A stretch of DNA of 64,000 bases, from NCBI RefSeq assembly GCF_009914755.1, contig NC_060938.1. One strand, written 5' to 3'. The DNA is from the human T2T-CHM13v2.0 reference genome, Homo sapiens. A model generated the notes under the pieces. It was not told where the DNA came from, searched no databases, and saw only the letters and a list, made by a program, of their open reading frames with translations. The translations under genes were made by a program, and so were the position numbers. Of this stretch, positions 40,201 through 56,465 are shown piece after piece; within the stretch, counting starts at the first letter, position 1; the number at the start of each line of letters is the position of its first letter.

Positions 40201-41426
40201 TTACAGTATTATGTCCTATCTTCTGCCTCCATTCTCTGTTCTCATGACACTACACACACACACCTATTTCCTCTTCCCTTTTAGTACTGTCAATCTCACT
40301 CTCCTTTTTTAAAAAGCCAACTCTTTTTCATGTAAAAGTCCATTATTCAGAGAAATAAAATGACCTATAAAAATTGCCTGTTTCTGAAGTTTTCCCTGAA
40401 TATTCTGCAGGCCCTCAGTAGCCCCTTCTGAGACAGCTCCTCTAGTACTGCCTTGTGATAGGACATAAGCCTATTATGTCCCTATTAGATGGATTTATAA
40501 TATTCCTTTTGCCACTTAAAATGATAGTAGTCTTGTCGTCTTTTTTTTTTTTTTGCATTTTTTTCTTTTCTTCCTTCCTTTTCAAAGATTTGTGTGATCA
40601 CTGCCATTCTCTTACCCTTCTGATCCCCCACTACCTCTGCCCTTCTTTCCCTGATTTTCTCTTTCTTCCCAGCTCTTTCAAACCCATGTGTAGAAAATCT
40701 GAGTGAAAAAGAATAGGTGGATGGGAGCACGTGGGAAAAGAAAATGACACGGAACATTAGAGAAACAATAATATAGTAATGTGATAATTCCCTAAGAAGA
40801 GCCTTCGGAGTATCTGCGAATTGAAAGCGAGTTCACTTGAGGTTTTGTCAATTTTGCCTTTGAGCCTGGACAGCCTAAGCTGGCCACTATTTTAGACCCT
40901 GTGGGAAATGAGGTGGCACAATGATCTCGTCTTCTTCGGTAAGGTTATTTCCCTTAGGATTGGGTCTCCTAAGTCACCTGGCCATTATCTAACTGTCTTC
41001 CAGTCTGGTAACAAAACCCCCAAATGGACCTAAACAGAATCTTTCCTTAATTGATCAAGCAGAAATGCTGAAAAATAACCTTGCCACCAAAGCAGCCATT
41101 CCTCTGCTCCAGAAAAAGCAAGACTGTAAAGGGACACATGTTTTCTGAAGAGGTTATTTCTGTGACAGTCACTCCTCAGAATGGAAGAAGGTGCCCAAGG
41201 AGTGTCTGGTGCCCAGGAGATTTTGGGTAAAGTGGCCCGGTTTTCTGCTCCTCCTAACATGGATCTTCAATTTAAGGGAGCACGAAAATATCAGACACAT
41301 TTTCTCAAAAATGAAACCAGGGCTTTAAAATGCTCTTTTTTTTTTTTAAGTTTCTTCATTGTACTTTTCTGTTGATGAGTTTGTTTAATAGAGAACACTT
41401 CCCATTTTTACCTAAATCAATAAACA

Positions 41427-41847
<421 letters not shown>

Positions 41848-41984
41848 TAAATGAAGTCAAGACTGCTTGCGACGACAACCCCAACCCTCACCCTCTCATG
41901 ACTTCTTGTTGTTTTAGGAACCTGGGGACTTTGGGGAAAATGGAACGTGTTTAAGCAAAAAGTAAAATCATTTTTCAAGACTAA

Positions 41985-42128
<144 letters not shown>

Positions 42129-42606
42129 TAATTATTTTGTCCAACTCTCATTTTGCACAAGTCTTTCTCAGAATTGACATTTCCCTGAGAGTGGCAAAGT
42201 CTTCAGCTCAATGTAAAGTGCAGAAAAGCCTTCTATTTTCTTTAAAGCAAAAAGGTTTCAAATGTGTTTTACCATCCTGACAGCAGTGACAAATGGGACT
42301 TCCACTCAAATGGATTACAGATGGGCTTTCTGAACCACATAAAGCTCCATGCAAATAAGGAAGGACCAACAACATTTTTTTTAATGTCAGAAATACTTAA
42401 AGGGTTTTTTTGACATTTGTTTAAAAAAAAAAAACTCCCCTTTTTCATTACCTTTTTCATTTATTATCAGCAGTAGATTGATATCGGGTAAATTGTTAAG
42501 GAGGGGCCAGGAAAACAAGAGGCTCTTTGGCCAAGTCACAGGCACCGTGTTTACAGGTCAGCAAGCAAATGACTCAGACCTGCTGATGGTCTGAGGAATG
42601 GATAAA

Positions 42607-42825
42607 CACCGATTGGCAAACTTGTTCTGCAAAAGTCCAGATAAATAAATATTTTGGCCTTTTGGGGTGATGAGGTCTCCATTGCAACTACTCAATTCTG
42701 CTTTTGTAACATGAATGCAGCCATAACACTATGTAAATGAGTGAGTATGGCTGTGTTCACATAAAATTTTTTTATAAAATAGGAAGGGGGCTGATTTGTC
42801 CCATAGACCAGATTTGCAGCCCCTT
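42607..42825. mobile_element. MER58A-like hAT-Charlie MITE
   Basis: GATTGGCAAACTTGTTCTGCAAAAGTCCAGATA...TGCAACTACTCAATTCTGC...TTTGCAGCCCCT. Confidence 0.8.
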
Positions 42826-45726
42826 GGAAAATGATGTGTATGACACTGAAATCATAGTGCTTGGCAAGGAAAGGGAGAGTCACAAAATATCATCCCCCAA
42901 AAGCTTTCAACTGGCTAATGAGCTAGAGCAGGTCTGGAGAGCTCTGTGATGCCAGGCATTAACCCTTCGAATACTGAATTCTGGGGAGGTGGGAGCTTCC
43001 AGTGAAGGGGCTGGTGGGGCTGCCTGGAGCTTCAGGGCCGCAGCTAACTCCAACCAGTAGAAAAAGTTCACCAATATTTTAACAACTGATCAAGCCATGC
43101 TAGTGGGTGCCAGTGAATAACAGCCTGTCTACAGCCTGGATTCCTGAATTAAGGTACCATCCCAAGGAAGAGATTAAGAAAAAAATTAAAGTCTTTCATA
43201 GATGGGAGATTTTTTTTCTACCCTCCTCCCAAAAACAAAAAAATAATTAATTCATTTACAAGCAAAAAAGATTAAAAAGCCATGAGAAGACAATACAATT
43301 ATTCAGCGCAATGGTCATTTTAAAGAAGGAAGAGAGTGGGCACAGTGAAATGCTTGTAATTGGGTCTAACTAGTTGGCTATATTGCTCAATAATTGGGCT
43401 GGCATTAAGGGCAGGGAGAAAACAATGGCTTGTGACCCTCTGGAGGGTGTTGATACCACAGAAATAGTGTTCTGAGGAAAACTTCAACAGAGCAATAAAT
43501 TGTCATTGGAGTATGCTGCCCCCCAACCCAGGTGCTCAAGACTCTCCCCACCTACTACCACTCCCCCAACACACACAGACACAAGTGCACGCGCATACAC
43601 CACTAACCTGCAACTTTCTCTCTCCCTAAGCCCTCAGCTAGCTACCATTAGAAAGTTATTAGCCAAACTAATTCAAGCTAAAGTGTCCATGAGTAACAAG
43701 AGCTGCATATCTTTTACTTATCCAAGATTTAAGAGTTTTGTGAAGGGGGCCCTGGAGTAAACAATTCTGTTACCCAAATGAAAGATCCCATAATGGGGAG
43801 GAAGACAAACATTTTTAGATATTTAGTCAGGGAGCCCTCCTCTTCTGGAAACAGGCTATATTGACGGCTACCAATTCTTTCCTTGAAAAAAACAGACCCT
43901 AACTACAGCACATGATGACAGAAAGTTTGCATTTTTTTTTAATTGAAGGTCTTATCTTGATGCCCAGATTTTCAGATCATCAGGAACGTTAGAACACACT
44001 GTACCCTGCATGCACTTCCCCATTCACTTCTCACTTTTTAAAAGGGACTGTATGTTCAGGTAACACAGGGCTTGCCATGTGATTACACTATGAACACGAA
44101 GGCTTGCTAACAACTGGATCATGCAGTTTGTGGAGGATACAAAGGGAAACTGGCCCTTGGCCTATGGGGGCTGCCCCCAGGGATCTTTGGCCCTGTCAGT
44201 CCCTCTCCTGCCTCTGGTGCAGGGAGAATGTATCTTTGGAAGTTAGGCTGCCCTTTGAGGAGTTCTGTTTGGGCCAATGGGCAGCCAGGCCATTTCCTTT
44301 GAAACAGTGGCCTTAAAAAAGGGGGGAGGGGGGAGCGGGGGGGGGTGCCAGGGCCAAGGCCAGAGCACATGACCTCTAAGTCACAGAAGCAAGATTTAGG
44401 TAGGACCTGTGATGTGCAGTTCCCAGATCCCCAGACCCGAAGCTCTATCCTGTGCAACCCAAGCTTACTCTTTAAACATACAAATTGCAACTCTTACAAA
44501 TGTTTGGCCTTCAGCTAACCACATTTAATCAGAAGAAGGCATTCTGAGCCCCTGGCTCTATGCACTTCAACAGCCTTAACCGTAGAGGCACCCAGAGAGG
44601 ATGTGATTCTATTTCCCAGTAAAGGCAATAAAAGCCTCAAAGTTTGGGCTAATAAAATCTTCACTAAAAACTCTCTCTGACCTTACCTAAAGCACTGTGG
44701 AGTGGTTTTAAAGCCTTGTGCAAAGCCTTTTCACAGAACTGTTTCATTTAGCTAAAGGGATGGAGGTGGGGAGAGAGGTGCTTTTCCATTTCCAACCATG
44801 GAACAGCAGTAAGGAAGCTTCTATCAGCAACAGGAATTTGATGACTGGCTTCTCCAGCAAAGCACTAAAAATGGGGTCAAGACTGAGCCCCTTGATAAAG
44901 TATGGTAATCACCACCATAAGCAAGATATCTTTTTCTAATTAAACTCTCCCTTCCCTCCCAGGAGAAGTCTTGGCCAGCCAAGAGCCCCAGGACCAAATG
45001 AGCCTCAGAACTGCAAGAGATAGAATCACAAAAGAAAAATAACCTGGTGAATGGGAGTTTGGGCTCATTGGAAGAAATCGCGTGTGAAATGACTCAAGTC
45101 GGAAGGCCTGAGATGAAGCTGCAGAGTCTGATGTGACCCAAGCACTCACACTCAAAGGCATCTCTGGAGTCCCCATGGCTGCCTTGCACAGCTGAGTCCC
45201 TGCCTCAGCTCTGTCACAGCATCTAAATTATGAGGCAGTGTACACAAACCGTTCAAAAGCACAAATAAACTGTTATTGCTGGAATTCAAGGCAGGGACCA
45301 AAAGAGATATGAGGTTTATGGGGAACATGGACAAGCAAGGGAATCCAGAGGCCTGTGCTGCAGACAGTGCATTTGCCCAGCCAAACCGTGGCCAAGCATC
45401 CCTGGGGTGGAGCCAAGCGGAACTGTGGGACAGCTGTGATTTGTCTTTGATGCCCATCTATCTCTCTGTCAGCATTTACTGCACCCACTTCATGTACTAG
45501 GCCCTCAGGGTCCTTATCCAGTTTCCTTTCTGAGCCTGCCTTCTTCCTAAGCAAGAACCGAAGCCCAGAAGATTCTCCCCTTCTCTGTCAAAACTTACCT
45601 CCTGAGCTGTGTTTCTCCCAGGACCTTGTTCTCTGACAGCAAGTTTTTCAGATCAATTAACCTCTCGTAACAGGTGATAATGAAGATAACTTTCTCAAGT
45701 TAAAGATTTGCATATTAACAAACTCA

Positions 45727-46051
<325 letters not shown>

Positions 46052-46959
46052 AAAAACTGTGGCTCAACTGCTCAAAATATTGCAAGGACCCACTTAAACT
46101 AAGAGGAGAGAAAACTGCCACAGTTGCCTACTATAACCAAAACCCATAGGTTAGGCATGAAGCTGGGTCACACTTTTGTCACCTGAACATTACTGAGTCC
46201 CATCTCCTCTTGATAACTAAAGAACAGCAAAACTTCATGGAATCTTGAAATTAAAGCTTCATAAGCTAGGTGGGGGTGGGGGTGGGGGTAGAGGCAGTTC
46301 AGAAGTGATGACCAGGAAAGCTATGAAGCTATCCTATTTGCTGTAATCCAACTCCTGTCTTCCAAGTTACATTTCTACTTGGAGAGCATGGAAACTCTCC
46401 CCAGACTCAAATCTAGCTCAGGACTGGGGGAGATGGCCGGCAGGGCAAGGCATACATGGCCACTTCAAGCCTCCCAAGCCAGAAAGGAGTAGGAATTTGG
46501 CCAATGGGTTTCAGTGCTGTTTACATAATCTGAAACTCTTCTTTATAATATATGCACATCTATATATTTTTCTTTTTTTCTTTTGGTTCTGGAAAAATGA
46601 GTGTCCTATGTCTTTTGGTGGTTAAATTGATGAGGAAATGAAATTTCTTTGTAATACTTAGAAGTTAGAGTATAAAGTTAAAAAGAAAAAATCAGAAGAC
46701 TCATCTTTGATTCAATAAGATCTCACCTGGCACAGTGGTTGTATAAAGTACACTGAGGCATGTTTGCCAGCTAAGAGAAAGAAGCCAGAGAGAGGGGGAG
46801 GGAGGGAGGGATGCATGGACGGACGGTTGGATGGATGATTAAATAACAATGAAGGTAAAAATAGACTCCACATCCTCAGTGGACTACATAAGATGTGAAG
46901 AAAGGATGAGAAGACAGAATAGAATATGTCCTCCTGCCAGCAAGGCAAATGTTTTTCTG

Positions 46960-47272
46960 GTTTATTTGTTTTGGTTTTTGTTTTTTGAGACAGGGTTTCA
47001 CTCTGTTGCCCAGGCTGGAATGCAACGGCACCACGACAGGTCACTGCTGCCTCAACCTCCTGGGCTCAAGTCGTCCTCCCACCTCAGCCTTCTGAGTTGC
47101 TGGGACTACAGGCATGCACCACTGCACCCAACTAAATTTTTTTTTTATTTTCTGTAAGGACAAAGTTTTGTCGTGTTTCCCAGGATGGTCTCAAACTCCT
47201 TAGCTCAAGTGACCCACCTACCACAGCCTCCCAAAGTGCTGGGATTACAGCCATGAGCTACCATGACTGGCC
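46960..47272 (-). mobile_element. AluJ
   Basis: CCTCAACCTCCTGGGCTCAAG and TCCTCCCACCTCAGCC, J-type motifs. Confidence 0.9.
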
Positions 47273-48819
47273 TGCAAATTCATTTTGAATATCAAAATTC
47301 AAGGATCCCGCAAAGTCTTTCTCACCCTGAATGAAATCCTACCACAGCAACATTGCTAAAAAAAAAAACTAAGAACTAGTTTGATTACCTTAGTATGGTT
47401 TCCTTATTCTCCTTTCACATCTTTAGACTACATAACAATTTTTCCATGACCATTAGTAAAAATCAAACAGTTTATTCCTTTTGACAGCAGAAGACAAAGG
47501 CTGAGGCACATGTAAGAAGTAGCAGAGAATGAGAGGGAAGAGTAGCCATGGGCGATGGATCAGTGGGAAAGAGAAGGAAAGTAGAAATAAACACCTCTCT
47601 CATCTGCCTAAGGACTTGAGGTCCCTAAGACACACCACAACTCCATAGGCGAGCTGATCAGGACCCAGGTCTCCTAAACCTACGCAGCAATTTGCAATAC
47701 ACAACGCTAAATTATGCTGAAGTGTGTGTGGGTGAAAAGAAAATTTCCCTGACTGCATTCCTACGTGTTCTCTCTCCCACTGTTTCTGTACCCACTCTAT
47801 CCAAAGAGCATCAGTAGAATGTGGAAGCACAAAGTGGAAATGAGAAAAATTACTTTAAAGACTTATCGATAAGTACTGAGCTTAAAATGTTCGAAACAGA
47901 ATTGAGTGCTACCCACTTCCACCAAAGTTCTTGATAATTTCTTATGTTCTAGGTCTACCCTACAAAATATGGTGCCCCATTAAGTCCCGTATTCATAGGG
48001 GTTCCAAGATTGCTACTTGTAATGTCTGTTTTAGAGTATCTGAATAAATAATTTCTTCTCCATTTCTCACGCTTAGCAGGTTGAACATCTTACTACTAAA
48101 TGAGAGAATCAGCTCAGTGACCAAACTTTACCAGCAGAACCCAGACTTATTTTCAGTAGGGAAGCCTGAGTTTGCCTTACTAGAGTGTCACCTAGTGTCT
48201 ATATATGGAACTGCACACAATTTTTTGTTAACGAGTTAAGAACGCATGTCATTGTGTGGCGCGGAAGAGCCTTCCTTTATGAAGTGCTAAAGTACATATG
48301 TAGACATTTTTCCAAATCCAATTATAGTTCCATTGATTTATATTAGTATTTTAAATATGCATTCACATTGAAATGATCTGAGACGTTATAAAGTTGGCAC
48401 TTCAAAATTCAGCAAGCCTTTTTAAATTACATATTTAATAGAAAAATTATTTCTAGAAAAATACTGACAGAATTATCCATGGTTAACATACTGTGCTTTA
48501 ACTATTAGAGACCATGGTGGTTGCTAAACAACAGTCTTAATTTTCTAGAGAAATATTTGTGAATTTTTCCCAAAAGTATTTCATATAGAGCTCATATGGA
48601 TAATGACAGATGCTTGTTGTACAGTTACTATGTTCTAGACACTGTGCTAAACACATTACATAATTCCTGTTTAATTCTCACTTAATATTTATAAAATGCT
48701 TAGAGCAGAGCATGGCATATAGTAAATGGTGTTAAATAAATAAAATAGCCTAGATTATCCTGAGATGTTTTTATCCTCATTTTACTTATAATAAACATGA
48801 GTTTAGAGAATTTAAGTAA

Positions 48820-49652
<833 letters not shown>

Positions 49653-49859
49653 GTCCCTATGTTAGCTTATTTACTTATTAGACTCTTTCCAGACATCTCT
49701 AAGAAGGTATGCCTGCTATATACACCAGGCACTGATTCAGACACTGAGAATACAAAGATGCATCTTCATAGACAACAACCATATGTAGCAGGAAAAAGTT
49801 TGCAAACACAATTATCACAGCTCAATGTGGGGAAGGTACAAAAATAAAAGTAAGTACAC

Positions 49860-50157
<298 letters not shown>

Positions 50158-50454
50158 AAGTACATAATTCGGAGCTGGTTGAAAAGAGAAAAAGGTTTAT
50201 TCTGGAAAAAGGAGGCAAGACTTCAGCAGAGATGGCCTCTAAGGTAGATTTTGAAAACAAATCATTTAAGTAGACAAGGAAAAGAAGGACCTTTGAAATG
50301 AAGACACGGGGCATGAAATAACACCCACACCAAGGATATGCCAAGTCATTCATCCAGTCCACAGGAATATACATTTCAATGCAGAAGAGACTAGAATGAA
50401 ATGACACTGGAGAGATAGCGAGGGACCCTATTGCGAGGAGGAGCTATTTAAGAG

Positions 50455-51170
50455 TAGTGTGTCTGACTCAGTGAACGGGGTGTTGAGGGAGAAGGCGTGA
50501 TTTGTAACATTTGCTGATTTCTGTAATATAAGCCCTCCTACCAAGGCTGATTTTAAGCTGTCAATGCGAAGTCACTGACCTCTGGAGTTGAGAAGAGATG
50601 TACAATAGCACACCATTATATAGTAATTCCACCATACAGAGTCGACAATACAGTAAATAACCTTGGGCAGTTCAGGCTGCTACAACAAAGCATCATAGAC
50701 TGGGAGGATTATAAACAGCAGAAATTTATTTCTCACAGTTCCAGAGGCTGGAAATCCGAGATCAGGGTGACAGCAGGGTCGGGTTCTGGTGAGGGCCTCT
50801 TCCAGGTTGCAGACTGCCAAGTTCTCCTTGTATCCTTACGTGCTGGAAAGAGAGCTAGCTAGCACTCTAGCTTCTTCTTATAAAGGCACTAATGTCATTC
50901 ATAAGGTCTCCATCCTCATGACCTAATTAGCTCTCGAAGACCCATTACACATGGGGAATTCAATTTCAACATGAATTTCAGTGGGCACACAAATAATAAG
51001 GTTCATATAAGCCTTATGAATATGGATAACAGAAAAATGTAATAGAATAATTAGAAAGTGATGAGTTTTAAGTATTTATGACCTTTTGTTCTAAATATAA
51101 TTTATTTGACTAGAAGTTTCTATAATTTACTTTTTAATGAAGGCTGTGTTTAACAATTGGCTCACGATTC
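50455..51170. mobile_element. MER63-like hAT DNA transposon interrupted by a MaLR LTR
   Basis: TGATTTGTAACATTTGCTGATTTC...GTCACTGA...GGAGTTGAGAAGAGATG...; TGTGTTTAACAATTGGCTC at the right end. Confidence 0.65.
50664..51010 (-). mobile_element. MLT1A/MST-like LTR
   Basis: GGCTGCTACAACAAAGCATCATAGACTGGG...AGAAATTTATTTCTCACAGTTCCAGAGGCTGG...TTTCAACATGAATTT. Confidence 0.8.
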
Positions 51171-51174
51171 CGGC

Positions 51175-51686
51175 AATCATCATGGCAGATAGAAGGCAGG
51201 ACTAGATTGCAGCTCCAACTCAAATGGACGGAGCAGCATGCAGACGCTTGCATTGTGAATTTTAGCTCCAGAACAACTGCAAGAACAAACCAGGAATCCC
51301 AAGAGGACCCACAGACCCTCTGAAATAAGGGGACTGCTCCTGCAGGACCTGGGAGACACCCCAAATACTGTGAGTGCACAAACTGTGGAAGTGGGAAAGG
51401 AAGACCCTCCTTTCCGAAACACACACTTCCACTGGGGAGAATGAAGGTCTAGTTTGCGAGAGAAGTTTCCAACCTTACCTGGGGCTGAGTCCATTTAGAC
51501 AGTCGAGAGAAATACAGGGGTACAGGAAGCAGCGGGAAATGCCCTGGGAGTTCACTGGGTCCCCAAGCAGGACATTCCTGCCTGGCACCACAGGGATCCT
51601 TTGGGAGGGCGGCCAGAGGAGTCGGGGGAGAACGCCACAGGTAGAAGGAAGTCTGCGGCTGAACTTTCTAATAGTTGGAACCGGGC
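51175..51686 (+). mobile_element. L1 5'UTR only (L1PBa/L1PREC-like), 3' body missing
   Basis: ATCATGGCAGATAGAAGGCAGGACTAGATTGCAGCTCC...GGAGACACCCCAAATACTGTGAGTGC...CCTGCCTGGCACCACAGGGATCC. Confidence 0.8.
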
Positions 51687-51689
51687 ATA

Positions 51690-52003
51690 TGCAACCACCT
51701 GCAAACAGCATGCAGTTTCTATAGCATTTTCACTTAACACCCTCCCCCTAACAACCTCCACCTGGCAACCTTCCTTTAACCCAAACCTCAGGGCCTCAAT
51801 CCCCTTTATGGCCTGTGTTCCACGGGACAGGACAGAGGTGGGGGTCGGGGGTACTCAGATGTTAATCATAGAAACGGAAGGAATCTCCAAATTGGCCACT
51901 CCCAGATTCCCTAGCTCAGGAGCACACATTCAGGTGCATCTGCCATACAAGGTTATGCTAAGGGTGTGATTAAATTATTGCTATCAGGTGCGTTTACCCT
52001 ACA
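51690..52003 (-). mobile_element. LTR47-like ERVL LTR, 3' part missing
   Basis: Reverse complement TGTAGGGTAAACGCACCTGATAGCAATAA...GGAGTGGCCAA...GTGAAAATGCTATAGAAACTGCATGC; homologous to the LTR at 55782. Confidence 0.8.
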
Positions 52004-52269
52004 CCATTTCATACAGCCTAGAAGGGTGATTTGCAGCCTCCGTGGTACTTAGCAGGAGACAGAAAACAATGAAGGCAAAGACATCTGAATAACTAGACCC
52101 AATGAAAAACAAATGCTCCAATTAAAATGCCCTCCCCAGACCCAGTGCTTAGCGTTCTCAGATGGGTATGTGGCTAAGAATCACAAAGCCAGAGCTTACA
52201 TGATTTTTCTTGATAGAGTAGTCATTCAGATTTCACGTGCTAAGAATTAAAAAACAACAACAAAAATGC

Positions 52270-52740
52270 TGTAATGATCAACAGTGGCCCGAGTTAGGAA
52301 TAGAAAGGGGAAGGAAGACGGTAAATGTATAAAGGGCAACACCACAAGGAATCCTTGTGATGACAGACATGTTCGGTTTCTTGACCTCTGGTGGATACAC
52401 AAACCTACACACGTGCTAAAATTGTATGGGAACAGAATGAGATAGTAGTGATCATTGCACAACATTGTGAATATACTAAGACCACAAAATCACACACTTT
52501 AAACTGGTTAAAGTAGTGAAAGAATGCTTGGAACTAAATACACATACAGACAGAAACAAGTAAAAGCAAAGATGGGAAAATCTGAATGAAACCAGCTAGA
52601 TTGTGTCAATGTCAATATCCTAGTTGTGTTATTGTTTTGCAAAATGATACCTTTGACAGAAACCAGACAAAGTGCACACTGGGATCTATCTTATTTCTTG
52701 CATGTGAATCTAAAATTATTTTAATACAAATTTCAATTTT
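52270..52740 (+). mobile_element. L1MC/L1MB 3' UTR fragments
   Basis: GTGGATACACAAACCTACAC; TGCACAACATTGTGAATATACTAA; GTCAATGTCAATATCCTAGTTGTG. Confidence 0.7.
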
Positions 52741-53043
52741 TCTAATGTAGTTTTTCAACAAGACTAGTTATGTTGTATAATTGTCTAGTAGTACCTGAAG
52801 ATACAGAGAAAAGAGATGTCTTTGTCTTATTAATCAGAAATGCTTTCTAAATGTGAAGTTTTTCCTCTCAGATTCAAAGACTTCTTGCTATCCCAAGTGG
52901 TCAGCATTCTTTGTTAACTGTGTATCTATATAGCTAGGAGGTTTCTGAGAAACCTTCCTGAGAAGGTGGAACTTACATTTCTTTCTTTTCAATCCACATT
53001 TCTGCCTGAGATTCATTTATTTTAGAGATAAAGAAATAAAAAT

Positions 53044-53282
53044 AACTGGGCACGGTAGCTCACGCCTGTAATCCCAGCACTTTGGGAGGCCAAGGCAGGC
53101 CGATCACCTGAGGTCAGGAGTTCGACACCAGCCTGGTCAACATGGTGAAACCCGTCTCTACTAAAAAATAGAAAAAATTAGCCAGGCGTGGTGGCACACA
53201 CCTGCAATCCCAGCTACTCAGGAGGCTGAGGCAGGAGAATCACTTGAACCTAGGAGGTGGAGGTTGCAGTGAGCCAAGGTCA
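53044..53282 (+). mobile_element. AluS truncated at the 3' end (no tail)
   Basis: Stops at GCAGTGAGCCAAGGTCA. Confidence 0.9.
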
Positions 53283-53363
53283 ATCAGTTTTGCTATGGGG
53301 CAAAATAGCTCCTCTCATTCAAATTCTTCAATCAATTTTACTAAATTCAAATAGAAACACTGT

Positions 53364-53662
53364 GAGGGGTGTGGTAGCTCACGCCTGTAATCCCAGCACT
53401 CTGAGAGGCTGAGATGGGCGGATCGCTTTAGGACAGGAGTTCAAGACCAGCCTGGGCAACATGGCCAAACACTGTTTCTACTAAAAATACAAAAATTAGC
53501 CAGGTGCGGTGGCATGTGCCTGTATTCCCAGATACTCAAGAGGCTGAGGCAGGAGAATCGCTTGAACCCGGGAGGCGGAGGTTGCAGTGAGCCAAGATCA
53601 CACCACTGAACTGCACTCCAGCCTGGGTGAGAGCAACTCTGTCTCAAAAAAAAAAAAAAAAA
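53364..53662 (+). mobile_element. Alu (J/S age)
   Basis: Two arms and an A17 tail. Confidence 0.9.
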
Positions 53663-54770
53663 CTGCAAATATGAACACTGCTCGTATGTACAAATTTGCA
53701 GTTATGGTGATGAACCATCATAGCTATACCTGGATAGTCTTAACCCTAAGAGACAATTGTTTCTTCTCTGCTCCATCTTCTCCCTCCATGTATCCCTCTC
53801 CCAAAGCCAGAGTTTACTAAAACCAAAGACAGTAATTCCACCCATCGTACTTGCTTCCTGGCCTTGACACTTTGCTCTGTGACACACCTCTGATTTATGT
53901 TATGCACGCGTGCCTTCTCATTCACAGCAGAGTTGTGCTGTTTAACAAACCCACGATGTTCAAAGTAGCCCCTTCATGTGCTTATATCCTTATTCCAACA
54001 ATAGTACATGCTGATGCACAAAACATTGTGGACATTCTTACGATTACCTTCAAGGCTTGTACTATATCCTTTTGTCTATCCTAAGTAATGGGAATTTTTT
54101 TCCTTTAAAGAAAGAAGTTGATGATTGAGAACAGCTAAATAGAATTCCCAGTTAAAGCCAATAAATAATGTGGGCAACAAAGCTTGTTAAAACTACTTTT
54201 CTTTTTCATTCAAAATGACCATAAAGCAATGAGACCAAATTTTTAAATGTTTATGGTTCGTAATACTAGTTCTGGAGGCAGACTAAGAAGAATTTTCTCT
54301 GTTTTAGGCAACGACAGCAGAAAAATAAATGTGTGTCATCAATCTTATGATCTCTTTAGAAGACAACAATTGCTTGGACAGAGAATCTCTAGTAAATGCA
54401 TATCATCAGGGATACAGGTTATGTAAAGAGGGAACCAGGGCCCCCAACTTCCACTGCCAGCCCACTGACAAAGTAATATCCTGCCAAGCCCAGAAGGGGA
54501 CATAATTCTTGGAATTGAAAGACATGCAATAGGATTGTCAAAACTACATGGAAAATAAGTCCATAAATTGTGAAATAACTTATAGAGTACTATAAATTTT
54601 ATCAAACACAGAACATTGAAACAAGGGCCATGAGCAACGTGAGTGCCATCTTGAGGCAAAAACTACCATTCACAATCACTCCAAAATCATTTGTTCCATG
54701 TACACCTGAGTAGAATATTTATTCAAAAATTTAAACCTCAGACTTTTTACTTTGTAGATATATCATCTTT

Positions 54771-55062
<292 letters not shown>

Positions 55063-56060
55063 TAAGTCATCTTTAAGATACATGTAAAGTGCCTGGCACA
55101 AAGGTTTTCAATAAATGTGATTGAACACCTTCAGCTACATTAGGCTGGGCTGAATCACTATCTCTGTTCTTAAGTAAAGAGAGACTGGGTATGTCTAAAA
55201 TTACCAAATTCTTCAATCTCAACAGCTGAGTTTAACAAATTTATTTCTAGTTTTCAACACATGGAATTCACTTGGGTTAATCATGTATCCTTGTAGTTCT
55301 CAAAAAATGCTAAAGTGGGAAAGGACTGGAAGCATTAGTGTCCTTTGCAGAATATGCCCTTTACTCTGTTGCCAACAGAGTAAAACATCCGAGTCTCTGC
55401 CTTGTTGGTTTTCTTCCTATCTCTCCCACTCCTCTGTGCTTCAACTAGCGACAAGGCTTACCAAAAAAAAGACCTCAGAAATATTGTTGCAATGGCTATG
55501 CCTCCAAGCAAGGGACATGAAAGCAAGAACAGTCCCAAACTGCAAGTTTCTGTTAAAATGTCTTCCTGTTAAAACCACAAGTTCCCATTCCAACAGGTGT
55601 AGCTTTAAAAAAAATAAATAAATAATAAAAACTTTTAAAACGGTATGTTTAATGACAGCTTTCAACCTTTCCCTACCCAATCAAAACCCTGACTCTGCTT
55701 CAGCTGGGGAGTGACCTGGTCATCAGTCTTCAGGTGCCTCCGACACACCACCTCACTTAGATTCTTTTCTTCTGACATCATTGTATGGCAGATGCACCTG
55801 ATAGCAATAACCTAAGCATACCCTGAGAATGATGCTATGGTCTAAGAAGAATGTGTGTTTGGAATTCCAACCTAAGGAATTCAGGAGTGGCCAACCCTGA
55901 ATTTCATTCCTTATCTATGAGGAACATCTGAACCCCAGCCCATCCCGTGGAACACAGGCCATACAGGGGATCAAGGCCCTTTGTTTTGGATTAAATGAAG
56001 ATTGCCAGTGGAGGCTGCTCAGGGGAGGGTGCAAAGTGAAAATGCTATATAAACTGCATG

Positions 56061-56136
56061 CTTTTTACAAACAGTAGCAGTTCTCCTGTCCAGCCTGCTG
56101 CCACTGGATAGGAGAACCACTACTGTTTGTAAAAAG
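56061..56136. repeat. Inverted repeat, 33-bp arms with a 10-nt spacer
   Basis: CTTTTTACAAACAGTAGCAGTTCTCCTGTCCAG / CTGGATAGGAGAACCACTACTGTTTGTAAAAAG; 30 of 33 positions Watson-Crick. Confidence 0.95.
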
Positions 56137-56143
56137 TAATGTG

Positions 56144-56465
<322 letters not shown>

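Noticed and set aside
48183-48198. CTCF-like motif (minus strand ACACTAGGTGACACT)
   Set aside because: Mismatches at core positions; not supportable without a PWM score or ChIP data
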